A stretch of DNA of 64,000 nucleotides, taken from contig CATOCA020000001.1 in assembly GCA_951406725.2 (NCBI GenBank), forward strand, positions 9,238,001 through 9,302,000. Direction: 5' to 3'. The position numbers and the translations under genes were made by a program. Within the stretch, counting starts at the first letter, position 1. Each line of letters starts with the position of its first letter. This DNA comes from Octopus vulgaris. Taxonomy: Eukaryota. Shown one piece after another: positions 1-13,705 of the stretch. The notes under the pieces are model-generated. The model did no database searches, was not told the origin of the DNA, and was given only the letters and a program-made list of their open reading frames with translations.

Positions 1-447
1 TTCCATTGATGTTCATCTATTTTGATTTGGTTTGATTTTGATTTTCACTAGCCTCAACAGGTCTTCACAAGTGTCCCAAGAAGGAAGGTATGCACAGGTG
101 GACTGACTACATCCCAGGTAGGGGCCACGGGTTATGGCCTCACTAGTCTTGCCGGGTCTTCTCACGCACAGCATACTTCCATAGGTCTCGGTCTCTAGTC
201 ATTTCCTTAGTGAGACCTAAAGTTCGAAGGTCGTGCTTCACCACCTCGTCCCAGGTTTTCCTGGGTCTACCTCTTCCACAGGTTCCCTCAACTGCTAGGG
301 TGTACCATTTTTGCACACAACTATCTTCATCCATTCTCATCACATGACCATACCAGCGCAAATGTCTCTCTTGCACACCACAACTGATGCTTCTTAAGTT
401 CAACTTTTCTCTCAAGGTACTTACACTCTGTCGATTATGAACACTAC
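1..447 (-). mobile_element. 5'-truncated RTE LINE: ORF C-terminus plus start of 3'UTR, same family as 9280-13618
   Basis: ORF 143-415 (LRSISCGVQERHLRWYGHV...GRGRPRKTWDEVVKHDL) is near-identical to the C-terminus of ORF 10908-13007; the 3'UTR runs off the left edge. Confidence 0.93.
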
Positions 448-750
448 ACGTGTATATATATATATATTTAAATTTTAATATTTTTTCATAAAATTTTTTT
501 TTGATGATAGCTTCTTAGTTGGTTTCTTTTGATGTTTTTTTATTCGAAAATACATTTTTATTCTTTCAATCATCATTTTTTTTTTCAAAAATAAATAAGG
601 AAATACTCAAACCAAATATTTGACAGAAATATTCTCTCTACAACAACTAACATTACATTGATACTTGTTAATTTTGTTGTTGTTAATATTAATTAATAGC
701 ATTATATTATTGCTATTAGTAATTATATTATTAGTAATAGCATTATATTA

Positions 751-1340
751 TTGGATTGACAAAATTGTCAGAGCATGAAACAAAAATGTCTTACAGCATT
801 TGAAATGGCACTTTATGTCCTGAGTTCAAATGCTACCAAAGCCAACATTACCTTTCATCCCTCCAGGATCAATAAAATGAAGTAGATTTAATTAAAACCC
901 ACTCCTCCAGAGAGTTAGGGTTAGGGCAGTGGAAGAAAAAGAAAATCACCTGTGATATTTGTTTTGGTTCTTGATATTCTGAATTCAACTGTGCCCCTCC
1001 CCTCAAAATTGTTAGTCATGTACCTGAACTAGAAACGGTTATTGTTGCTGTTGTGATTATTATTAGAGGAATTAAGAGGCAAAATCATTAAGGTACATAA
1101 ATACCTACTTTGCAATATTTAGTTATGTATCCTAATGTCCTGAGTTCAAATCCTGTTGGATTCAACTTTACCTTTAATCCCTTTGAGGTAAAATAAAGTA
1201 AAGTTCAAATCAAGTTGTACTGGAGGTAATTTATCCACTCTAAAATTTGATACCATATCCCCATGGCAGTAACCAGTCTGAATTCAAATCCTGCGCAGAT
1301 TGTCTTCATCTTTCCTAGGTCGATAAAACAGTCTTGAAGT
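751..1340 (+). mobile_element. Cluster of 3-4 degenerate tRNA-type SINE fragments
   Basis: Recurrent B-box-like TGAGTTCAAAT (~821, ~1141, variant ~1279) followed by CCTTTCATCC...GATAAA, as in the better copies at 8177 and 8520. Confidence 0.7.
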
Positions 1341-1486
1341 ACTTATATCATATATATATATATATATATAATTAATATTAGGGAAGTTATTTCCGAGTCC
1401 ACAGGGGAGAGAAGTTCAATTTAGTGGTACTAAAATGAATTACTCACTGTATTATATACATATAAATAGACAGAATCACCCTCAAG

Positions 1487-1860
1487 CAAAAATCAAAATC
1501 GAAATCGAAATCGATCAACATCAATGGAAATTGTAGCTGTGATACCAGTGCCGGTGGCATGTAAGTGAACCATCCGATTGTGACCGTTGCCAGCCTCGCC
1601 TGGACCCTGTTCCGGTGGCACGTAAAACGCACCATCTGACCATGGCCGTTTGCCAGCCTCGTCTGGAACCTGTGCCGGTGGCATGTAAAAAGCACCCACT
1701 ACACTCACAGAGTGGTTGGCGTTAGGAAGGGCATCCAGCCGTAGAAACATTGCCAGATAAGACTGGGTCTGGTGCAGCCTTCTGGCTTCCCAGACCCCAG
1801 TTGAACCGTCCAACCCATGCTAGCATGGAAGGCGGACGCTAAATGATGATGATGATGATG
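1487..1860 (+). mobile_element. RTE 3'UTR-only insertion with (GAT)n tail
   Basis: Matches 13220-13618 (AAAAGCACCCACTACACTC...AAGGGCATCCAGC...CCAACCCATGCTAGCATGGA) and ends in (GAT)n. Confidence 0.9.
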
Positions 1861-3180
1861 TACATATAGGACTAAATATTAAAATTATCAAAATTAATAC
1901 CTTCAATTCTTATTACAAATCATATACTTTACATTATCTAGACTACATGCGTTTCATGACAACATATTCCTCGATATTGTTGAAATAGAATGTCTATACA
2001 ATACCATATTAAAAAGATTATATTTCCAATCTTCAGGTCTATCTAATATGAACTTATTTTGCTATTTACATCGTATATTAAGACATGAGGAACTAAAATT
2101 ATATAACTAGAAGTTGTTGGAATAATTTTACTTTAGTAAATAATGAACAGAAATGTGGAATAAAAGTAGGAAAAAGAAATGCTAACTTATATGAATGGTA
2201 ATGTTCTCTCCATGAATTAAACATGGCTACCAGCAATTGTATAATCCAACATTGAGAGCTACATTGTAGGGGAGATAATTCTTATTAACATTTAAAAGTT
2301 CTTAAATTTTCTATTATTTATAATAATAATAAATCAAGAGAAACCAGAAGTGTATGATGGGAATAGTCTAATTTTTTTCCTGGTTAATTTGATTTATTTT
2401 TATATTAACTTTGATAAATAATAAATTTCTAGGTTGGTAAACAGGTAAACTAAATTACTCAACATATAATTTTAGAATATTTTAAAATATTTTGAAATAA
2501 GTAAAAGTCAGTAAAATTAGTAAAAATCAGTAAAAATATATTTTTTTATTATTTTTATAATTATAATACAATTAATATATATTGATTATACTATTATTCT
2601 TAAATTTGAGTTTCTAAATTGAGATTAAAAGTTTCAAATAATACCATCAAATATTATACTATAGATTTTTATTAAGAAACTAAAATATCTGAAATTAGAA
2701 GTTAATTTAGTATTATCTGACATATATATATAAATAATTAGTTATACTAAATAATAAAATATGATTATACATTATATCTAATTATTATGATTAAATTTTA
2801 TTTGATTTAAAATTAGGGTTTTATTTATTTTCTAAAGAATCAAGCGTTATCTCATCTTATTAAATAGGCAATTCAGTTTATGTTTACATTAATTTTTCAT
2901 TCATCCTGGGTGTTGATTGGTGTTATTTTAGCTTTTAATATTTCCATAAATGTGAGTGTACACAGAAGACAGAATTCCTTATCTATTCTATATGATTTCG
3001 TTTTACATATTATTTCCCATTTTAATTTATACTTTATATCTTTAGTTTTTAATTCCCATATATATTTACTTAAGCCTGTCCAGTTCATCAATTTTTTTTT
3101 CTTAAAAGAGTACAAATCTGAGCCACCCTTTGCTTAATTTTATTTGATGTTGATCCAATGTAAGTCACATTTTGATTTTC
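1861..3180 (-). mobile_element. Penelope-like element remnant: GIY-YIG endonuclease C-terminus and terminal region
   Basis: Minus strand reads VTYIGSTSNKIKQR (YIG at 3154-3162), then after a frameshift TGLSKYIWELK..IKYKLKWEII..KSY....CLLC, typical of PLE GIY-YIG domains; a hammerhead motif lies downstream. Confidence 0.8.
1933..2047 (-). ncRNA. Type I hammerhead ribozyme candidate with minimal stem III and extended stem II
   Basis: Minus strand: UAGAC-CUGAAGA-[~75-nt hairpin]-GAAAC-GCAU-GUA-GUCUA. The core is complete and stem I UAGAC/GUCUA closes it. Confidence 0.75.
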
Positions 3181-3347
3181 ATTATTATTATTATTATTAT
3201 TATTATCATTTACTTTTAATCTGCATGTTTGATGCAATCACTTGCCGGGGCACACCCAGCGCCCTAGGGCAAGTGAAGGTTAAGAGTTGTTGAAATATAG
3301 CTGAAAGCTTGGGGAGGGAAAGTAGAGAAATATCTCCATGTAATACA

Positions 3348-5280
<1,933 letters not shown>

Positions 5281-5394
5281 TCTACATTTAAGGCTACCAC
5301 ACATTTATTTACTACTTCACTTAAGTTACATTTATTATTAAATTTACATTACATTAATAAATTAAATAGACTAAGTGCGTTTTAAGTGGCACAA

Positions 5395-5500
5395 GTACAG
5401 GCCAGGTCAGTTTGGCATGGTTTTTACTGCTGGATGCCCTTCCAAATGCCAGTCAGTTTACAGTGTGGATTGGATGCTTTTCGAGTGACCCGAGCACTGG
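5395..5500 (-). mobile_element. Degenerate fragment related to the RTE 3'UTR
   Basis: GCTGGATGCCCTTCCAAATGCC is the reverse complement of the GGCGTTAGGAAGGGCATCCAGC motif in the RTE 3'UTR. Confidence 0.6.
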
Positions 5501-6167
5501 CAGGGTCACCAAATAACTTGCAGGACAAAGATCTTTTGAGAGTGGAAGGGGATTTGGAAGAGGTGATCTTGTGTCAGATGAGGAAAGGTTAGAGTGAGAC
5601 AGAGAGACAGAAACAGGTATCTTACTGTAGGGGAGATACATGGTCTTAGAAATCACAATCATATCTCATTTTTGAGAAAGCAGGGAGTAAGGGGGAGATA
5701 AAATATCATTCCTTCTCCCGTTGAGTCAAAAGACAAATTTCTTTCTAACTTTGACTTCTGCTTAATATAAACAACAACAACTAGTTTACAACAACAACAA
5801 CAGCTTCAGAAGCTGCATCTGTAGAAATAATAATAATGGTGTCAATGATGATGACTGGGATTGGGGAGGGGGAGTAGTGGCAGTTGTGGTTGTTGCGATG
5901 GTAATTGTAGGGATGTGTGGTTAAGGTGGTTGTAGTGGAAGAGCTTGGGATGGCAAAGTCGGTGAGCGGTGGTGGGGCTGGTGGACGGGGGTGGATGGCA
6001 GTCAGAGATGATAGTAATATAGAGTGTAATTCACCTTTGAAATGTTAAACAAGCTTCATTAGAGGATCATTAACTCATGGGAGGAGACAGCAAAGAATGG
6101 TAAGGGTTGTGGAGGGATTTGAATCTTTCAGTTATTTTCTTCTGATGAATCTGATGTTGTTAATAAA

Positions 6168-6482
6168 TATATGTGTATATGTGTGTATATGTATTTATGC
6201 ACAAATGTCAGTAAATATATGTATTAGTATGTGTGTGTGTGTGTGAGAATATATATGTGTGTTGATGTATACATGTGTGCATGTGTGTGCGTATGTACAT
6301 GTATGGATGTGTGTGTGTGTGTGTGTTGATATATACATGTGTATACATGTGTGTGTATGTATGTATACATGTGTGCATGTGTGTGTGTGCATGTGTGTGT
6401 GTGTATGTGCGTGTGTGTGTGTGCATGTGTGTGTGTGTGCACGTGTGTGTGTGTGTGTATGTGTGTGTGTGTGTGTGTGTGT
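6168..6482. repeat. (TG)n/(TGTA)n compound microsatellite
   Basis: Direct reading. Confidence 0.95.
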
Positions 6483-6905
6483 TAGGAGATATGATGTCTT
6501 TGAGGAAAAGCAAATGAAGCTTACTGCTCTGAAGTGTTGACTCCATGAGTGGGACCCAAATGCAGAACCTACAAAAACCACCAGGTATTGAAGTGCAATG
6601 TGTGTGGAGAATTCCTTTTCTCAAGAGCTAGGTTTGTCAACCATCTAAAGCCAGATGAGCCTGAGAGAAATTGAGCTGCTTTCGGAATGGTTCTACCATC
6701 ATGCACACCACAGTATCTTTGCACTGAAAAGAGAAATAAGTGTCACATCTATGGATGTTCTTGCACAACGAAAGCTGGGTTCAAACTCCACCTGTGTGCA
6801 ATGTTCAATGAAGAAGTGGCACTCTTCAGACAAGAAGTAGTAATCAGCATGTTGGGTTGTGTGTATATGTTGTTGGGTCTATGCAGTGCTGGGTTAACCA
6901 TTAAG
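6483..6905 (+). mobile_element. Old RTE 3'-end remnant with degenerate C2H2 fingers
   Basis: Broken frames give FEEKQMK.., LKCNVCGEFLFSRARFVNHLK and KCHIYGCSCTTKAGFKLHL, paralleling the finger array of ORF 20001-20516. Confidence 0.6.
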
Positions 6906-7750
6906 CAAAATAAGCATGTGCTCAAAGCATCGAGGGAAATGGGGCAGCACAGAAATGGTAAATAGCTTACAGCACAAAAGAAATCATTTTAAACTTTCTA
7001 AAATGATATTCAAAGTGGTTCTTATGATTGGAAATATGATTTTGAAGTGTTAATGGTGTCACAGTGAGGATCTGACCAAAAACTTGGCAATTAAAAAAAG
7101 TAGGAGAAAACTTTTCAAATATAAAGTGGAAGTATACAAAGATAAACATTATTTTCCATCTTACTGTTAGTTTTCTTTCATTTTGGAAAATAAAAATTCA
7201 TTCTATGGGTTATTATTATTTATGTTTTGAATTATGCATATATGGGGGTACCAAAATCTTTTCAGTTCTTAGGGCCTCTATGGTGGGTCCTAATCTGACC
7301 CTGGGTATATGTGTATACCTGTTGGTTTATATATCTTTGTATGTCTGTATGTGGATTGGTTTGTAGATGTATGTGAGTGGATAAATGACTAACAAGTTCA
7401 CTTCTCAATCATGAGTCCTTGGATTGGATGCTTTTCAGGGCAAGTTGGGCCAGTATCTTTTGCTATAGCCTCTCTTTCACCCTTGACTTGTAGATGAAAA
7501 TAAGTGGACTGAAACAATGAAGAAGCTTTGTGAAAATCAAAGGGCCACTGTAAATCAAAGGGCCAGTCATCTCACACCCTGTCTTAAGTTGATTATATCT
7601 GAGAACTGGGTTAAGAATATATGTGTCTATGGAATACACAACCATTTACATCTTAATTAAACAAGTGGGTAATTCAGTTGATCAAACAACTGGAATACTC
7701 ATTACAAAGTGAGAGCCGTTTACTTATTTATATATATATGTGTGTATATT

Positions 7751-8016
7751 AGTTTCTGTCGCCTTACTGGCACTGGAAAAAAACATTCGAGCGAGGTCGT
7801 TGCCAGTGCCGCTGGACTGGCCCTCATACTGGTGGCACGTAAAAGCACCCACTACACTCTTGAAGTAGTTGGCATTAGGAAGGGCATCCAGCTGTAGAAA
7901 CTCTGCCAGATCAGATTGGAACCTGGTGCAGCCATCTGGTTTGCCAGTCCTCAGTCAAATCGTCCAACCCATGCTAGCATGGAAAGCGGACGTTAAACGA
8001 TGATGATGATGATGAT
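7751..8016 (+). mobile_element. Retroposon 3' end sharing the RTE 3'UTR tail (other subfamily or RTE-dependent SINE)
   Basis: GGTGGCACGTAAAAGCACCCACTACACTC...CGTCCAACCCATGCTAGCATGGAAAGCGGACG followed by (GAT)n. Confidence 0.85.
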
Positions 8017-8176
8017 ATGAGTGTGTCATTGCAAACATATGTCTGTAAGTGTGGGAACAATATTTACTTAGAGGTTGTAAACCCAGGTCTAAAAATGTTT
8101 ATAAACAAAGTCAAATTTTTCAATCTTAATATCAAAACACACAGATATCATAATAATAATAATTATAGTTCTTATT

Positions 8177-8397
8177 AAGGTGTTGAGCTGGCAGAATCAT
8201 TAGCATGCTGAGCAAAGTGCTTAGCAGTATTTAATCTGTTTTTTATGCTTTGAGTTCAAATTCCACTGAGGTCAACTTTGTCCTTCACCTTTTAGGGGTC
8301 AATAAAATAAGTAGCTGTTAAACCCTGGGGTCAGTGTAATTGACTTAACACCCAACCCCAAATTGCTGGCCTTATGCCAAAATTTGAAAGCATTATT
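8177..8397 (+). mobile_element. tRNA-type SINE, near full length
   Basis: A-box-like GAGCTGGCAGAATCATTAG, B-box TGAGTTCAAATTCC, core GAGGTCAACTTTG..CTTCA.CTTTTAGGGGTCAATAAA, tail GGCCTTATGCCAAAATTTGAAA. Confidence 0.85.
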
Positions 8398-8473
8398 GTT
8401 ATTTTCTTTGTATCACAGGTTTTGTTGGAACTCCTAGAATCTTGCATGCTACCTGCAGCCCACCGTTCCATAC

Positions 8474-8519
<46 letters not shown>

Positions 8520-8521
<2 letters not shown>

Positions 8522-8735
8522 AGTGTTGAGCTGGTAGAATTGTTACCACATTTGGGAAAATACTTAGTAACATTTCATCTGTCTATACATTCTGAGTTCA
8601 AATTCCACAGAGGTCAAATTTGCCTTTCATCCTTTCAGGGTTGATAAATTAAGGATCAGTTGAGCACTTGGGTTGATGTAATCGACCTAGCCACTCCCCT
8701 GGAATTGATAGCCTTAAGCCAAAATTTGAAAGCAT
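8520..8735 (+). mobile_element. tRNA-type SINE, same family as 8177
   Basis: Colinear with 8177-8397; GCCTTTCATCCTTTCAGGGTTGATAAA core. Confidence 0.85.
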
Positions 8736-9180
<445 letters not shown>

Positions 9181-9191
9181 CTTCTTCTTAT

Positions 9192-9279
<88 letters not shown>

Positions 9280-12200
9280 ACCATCATCGCCATATATAAA
9301 AGAGCGATCGCATTATCGTTAACCCCACTCGCTTCAAAATATCTAAAGAAGAAATACGCACAGATCATGAATGGCTAAAGCTAAGTGAATCGTTCAACCT
9401 CGCTACGACTACCTTCTATCTTTGCACTTATCATCTTTATTCTTTCACTATTCTTCAATTTCCATCTCATTGTATTGTTCCTCATTCTTTCAGTATTCCC
9501 TCATTACCCTGTCTAGCTCAAACATTTTTTTCGTTTAGTCTTGTCTCCCGGTTCATAGCCACTCTGATTTTTAATTTTTTTCGTTTAGTCTTGTCTCCCG
9601 ATTCATAGCCACTCTGATTTATCAAACCCATTTGCTAGCTCATACGATTAACAGAACCTACGGTGCACCCGCCCTCCCACTCCCTCCACACATGCCGGAA
9701 GTTCCTATTCTTTGCCATTCCGGGGTTGCTTCCCATGAAGACTGCAAATGCTCTCACTATCCCTACCCTCCCTAGTCTCGACCTATGTAAGGTAATGTTC
9801 ATACAGTGCAAAATATGAAAGGCTAGTGTTATGCAGGTTGTACTGAAGGCTACTTTACTACTTCATTACTTGCACATGAATTCTGCCAAATGCGAGCTTT
9901 CTTTTCAGGTACACGAAGCTACTGTCCACCGTCCCAGGGTCCCTAGTGCCCATGCCTCCCACACCCTCAGGGTTGGCACCCTCAACGTTGGCACTCTGAA
10001 AGGTAGGTCTGGTGAGATAGTCGAGATGCTTGAACGGAGATGTGTGGATATATGTTGCATGCAAGAAATAAGGTGGAGAGGAGGATCAGCTAGGTTCCTC
10101 ACAGGCAAGGAACGCAGGTACAAGATTTTCTGGGCAGGGAACACTGACGGGGTTGGTGGCGTGGGTATACTTATCGCTGAGAAATGGGTAGATAAAGTAA
10201 TTGAGGTAATCAGAGTATGTGACAGAATACTTAAGATTAGATTAGTGCTTCATCATAGTTTAGCAACCATTATATCAGCCTATGCTCCTCAGTCGGGGCT
10301 ACCCGATGGACAGAAAGACCGATTCTATGACACTCTACTGCAGACTACCTCGTTGACGAATGACAGAGACCTTATCTTTGTGGCTGGTGACTTCAATGGT
10401 CACGTTGGACGACATGCTGGGGGCTTCCATGGCGTACATGGAGGCTATGGCTATGGCTCCCGCAACGAGGAGGGAACCAGGCTGCTGGAGTTCTGCGATG
10501 CAAATAATCTTATGATTTGCAACACTAACTTCAGGAAACCTACCAGCCACCTAGTCACTTACCGATCGGGCCAACATACCAGCCAAATTGACTACATCCT
10601 TGCAAGGCAAAGGGAGAGATGGCTGCTTATAAATGCCAAAACCTTCCCAGGTGAAGAATGTATCCCACAACATAGACTGGTAGTTAGTGACTTTAGGATC
10701 AGGACTAGGAGGAACACCAGAAGACGACCAATATGGAGAAGAAGGATTTGGAAGCTTAAAGATCCTGCAAATGGACAAATGGACAGAGATTTAGGGACAT
10801 ATTACTTGAAGCCTTTGACGAAGTAGAAGGGGATAGAGCATCACAGGGGGTAGAAGACAACTAGACATTTCTAAGGGACAACCTGCTGAGAGCCACTGAC
10901 CAGATCTGTGGCTGGTGCAAAAGTCCCCTCCCGACCTAGAATAACGTGGTGGTGGAACAATATTGTAGACAGGGCTATTAGAGAAAAGAGACAGGCTTGG
11001 AAGGTCTGGAAAAATGGGGGTAGCAGGGAATTGTATCAGACTGCCAAAAGAGAAGCTAGGAGACAGGTTTATTTAGCCAGAGGGGAAGCAGATAAGAAAA
11101 AATTTGCCAATGTTCTGCGCCTTGAGGACCAAAGACTGGAGGTGTTTCGCGTTGCAAGACAGTGTGTGAGAGAGAATCGTGATGTGGTAGGAGAGAAGTG
11201 TGTTCGCATGGAAGATGGTTCACTTGCGCTAAATGAGGATGCAAAGAGAGAAGTTTGGAGATGCCACTATGAAAGGTTGCTGAATAAAGAAAATGAATGG
11301 GATAAAGAGAGTCTGCCGAATGTTGACCCAACAGAGGGACCAGCTATCCGAGTTGATAGTTCCGTGGTAGCTAAGGCAATTAGAAGCATGAAGACAGGGA
11401 AAGCCCCAGGCCCATCAGGAATCACTGCAGAGATGCTCAAAATGTCTGGTAGTGTCGGCTATAGCCTAGTCACCCGTATAGTTAATCAGGTGATACACAA
11501 AGGAGTCATACCCAATGACTGGGGTAGCAGCATAATAGTCAACTGCTACAAAGGTAAAGGTGACGCCCTAGATACAAATAACTACAGAGGTATCAAGCTG
11601 TTGGATCAGGTGATGAAGGTTACGGAGAGGGTCATAGCCCAACTAATTAGAGAGAGAGTTAGTTTAGATGAGATGCAGTTTGGGTTTGTGCCAGGGAAAA
11701 GTACTACTGATGCTATATTCCTGGTAAGGCAGCTGCAGGAGAAATACCTAGCCAAAGATAAGCCCCTGTACCTGGCTTTTGTTGACATGGAGAAAGCCTT
11801 CGACAGGGTCCCCCGATCCCTTATCTGGTGGGCAATGAGGAAACTAGGGATAGATGAATGGTTAGTGAGAGCTGTGCGGGCCATGTATAGGGACGCTGCT
11901 AGTAGGGTGAAGGTTGGAAACGAGTACAGTGAAGAATTCCGGGTAGAGGTAGGGGTCCACCAAGGCTCAGTACTCAGCCCCCTCCTATTTATCATAGTCC
12001 TCCAGGCAATAATGGAGGAATTCAAGACAGGATGCCCTTGGGAGCTCCTCTATGCTGATGACCTTGCTCTAATTGCTGAGTCGCTATCAGAACTGGAGGA
12101 GAAGTTTCAGGTGTGGAAACAAGGATTAGAATCGAAGGGCCTCAGAGTCAATCTAGCTAAAACCAAAGTCGTAATCAGTAGGAAGGTAGACAAATCACAA

Positions 12201-13618
12201 ACGCCTTCAGGTAGATGGCCCTGCTCGATCTGTAGAAAAGGTGTAGGTAGAAACTCTATAAGATGCACCAAGTGTAAGCTATGGACACATAAGTGGTGCA
12301 GCAATGTCAAAGGAAGGCTAACTAGGAAGATGGTTTTTGTATGTGGCAGATGCTCAGGAACAATAAACACTGAAAATGCTCTGAGACCAACTTCCGTCAC
12401 TTTCCAGGGAGAAAAACTAGAAATAGTTGATAGTTTCCGTTACCTAGGTGACCAAGTCAGCAGCGGGGTTGGGTGTGCTGAAAGTGTAACTGCTAGAGTA
12501 AGAATAGCTTGGGCAAAGTTCAGAGAGCTCTTACCTCTGCTGGTGACAAAAGGCCTCTCGCACAGAGTGAAAGGCAGACTGTATGATGCGTGTGTACGAA
12601 CAGCCATGCTACATGGCAGTGAAACATGGGCCGTGACTGCTGAGGATATGCGTAAGCTCGCAAGAAATGAAGCCAGTATGCTCCGATGGATGTGTAATGT
12701 CAGTACTCATACTCGGCAGAGTGTAAGTACCTTGAGAGAAAACCTGGACCTAAGAAGCATCAGTTGTGGTGTGCAAGAGAGACGTTTGCGCTGGTATGGT
12801 CATGTGGCGAGAATGGATGAAGATAGTTGTGTGAAAAAGTGCCACACCCTAGCGGTTGAGGGAACCTGTGGAAGAGGCAGACCCAGGAAAACCTGGGACG
12901 AGGTGGTGAAGCACGACCTTCGAACTTTAGGTCTCACTGAGGAAATGACTAGAGACCGAGACCTATGGAAGTGTGCTGTGCGCGAGAAGACCCGGCAGGA
13001 CAAGTGAGTCCATAACCCGTGGCCTTCTACATGGGATGGAGCCAGCCTACGTATGCATACCTTCCCTTCTTGGGACACAAAACTCTACTTGTGAAGACCT
13101 GTTGAGGCAAGTGAGGATCAGAATCGAAATCGATCAATGGAAATTGCAGATGTGTTACCAGTGCCGGTGGCATGTCGAAACTCTACTTGTGAAGACCCGT
13201 TGAGGCAAGTGAGGATCAGAATCGAAATCGATCAATGGAAATAGATCAATGGAAATTGCAGATGTGTTACCAGTGCCGGTGGCATGTAAGAGAACCTTCC
13301 GTTTCGCGACCGTTGCCAGCACCGCCCCGTTTCGTGTCCGTTGCCAGCCTCGCCTGGCCCTCGTGCCGGTAGCACATAAAAAGCACCATCCGTTCGTGGC
13401 CGTTTGCCAGCTCTGTCTGGCACCTGTGCGGGTGGCACGTAAAAAGCACCCACTACACTCTCGGAGTGGTTGGCGTTAGGAAGGGCATCCAGCCGTAGAA
13501 ACACTGCCAGATTTGACTGGGCCTGATGAAGCCTTCTGGCTTCACAGACCCCAGTAGAACCGTCCAACCCATGCTAGCATGGAAAACGGACGCTAAACGA
13601 TGATGATGATGATGATGA
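9280..13618 (+). mobile_element. Near-full-length RTE-clade LINE: 5'UTR, APE-RT ORF, 3'UTR, (GAT)n tail
   Basis: APE motifs (LNVGTL, MQEIRW, GDFNGHVG, QIDYIL, QHRLVV), RT motifs (KAPGPSG, NYRGIKLL, DMEKAFDRV, GVHQGSVLSP, YADD), C-terminal GRGRPRKTW; flanked by (ATT)n on both sides. Confidence 0.97.
9831..13007 (+). pseudogene. RTE APE-RT ORF split by three clustered lesions
   Basis: 8-bp duplication AAATGGAC (~10769-10784), TAG at 10862-10864 (probably from TGG) and an extra A near 10920 separate ORFs 9831-10826 and 10908-13007. Confidence 0.9.
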
Positions 13619-13637
13619 TTATTATTATTACTATTAA

Positions 13638-13704
<67 letters not shown>

Positions 13705-13705
<1 letters not shown>

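Noticed and set aside
5690-6160. Unique G-rich stretch with splice-like sites on the minus strand
   Set aside because: No convincing ORF or recognisable protein; cannot be supported as an exon.
6960-7305. Possible hAT-like end (AGGGCCTC..TAATCTGACCCTG)
   Set aside because: No partner TIR or TSD identified.
7370-7705. Possible degenerate SINE of a second family
   Set aside because: Too diverged; no second copy in the window to confirm.
8400-8475. Acceptor-like TTTCTTTGTATCACAG followed by GFVGTPRILH
   Set aside because: Runs into (ATT)n with no donor; the kinase-like resemblance is only 6 aa.
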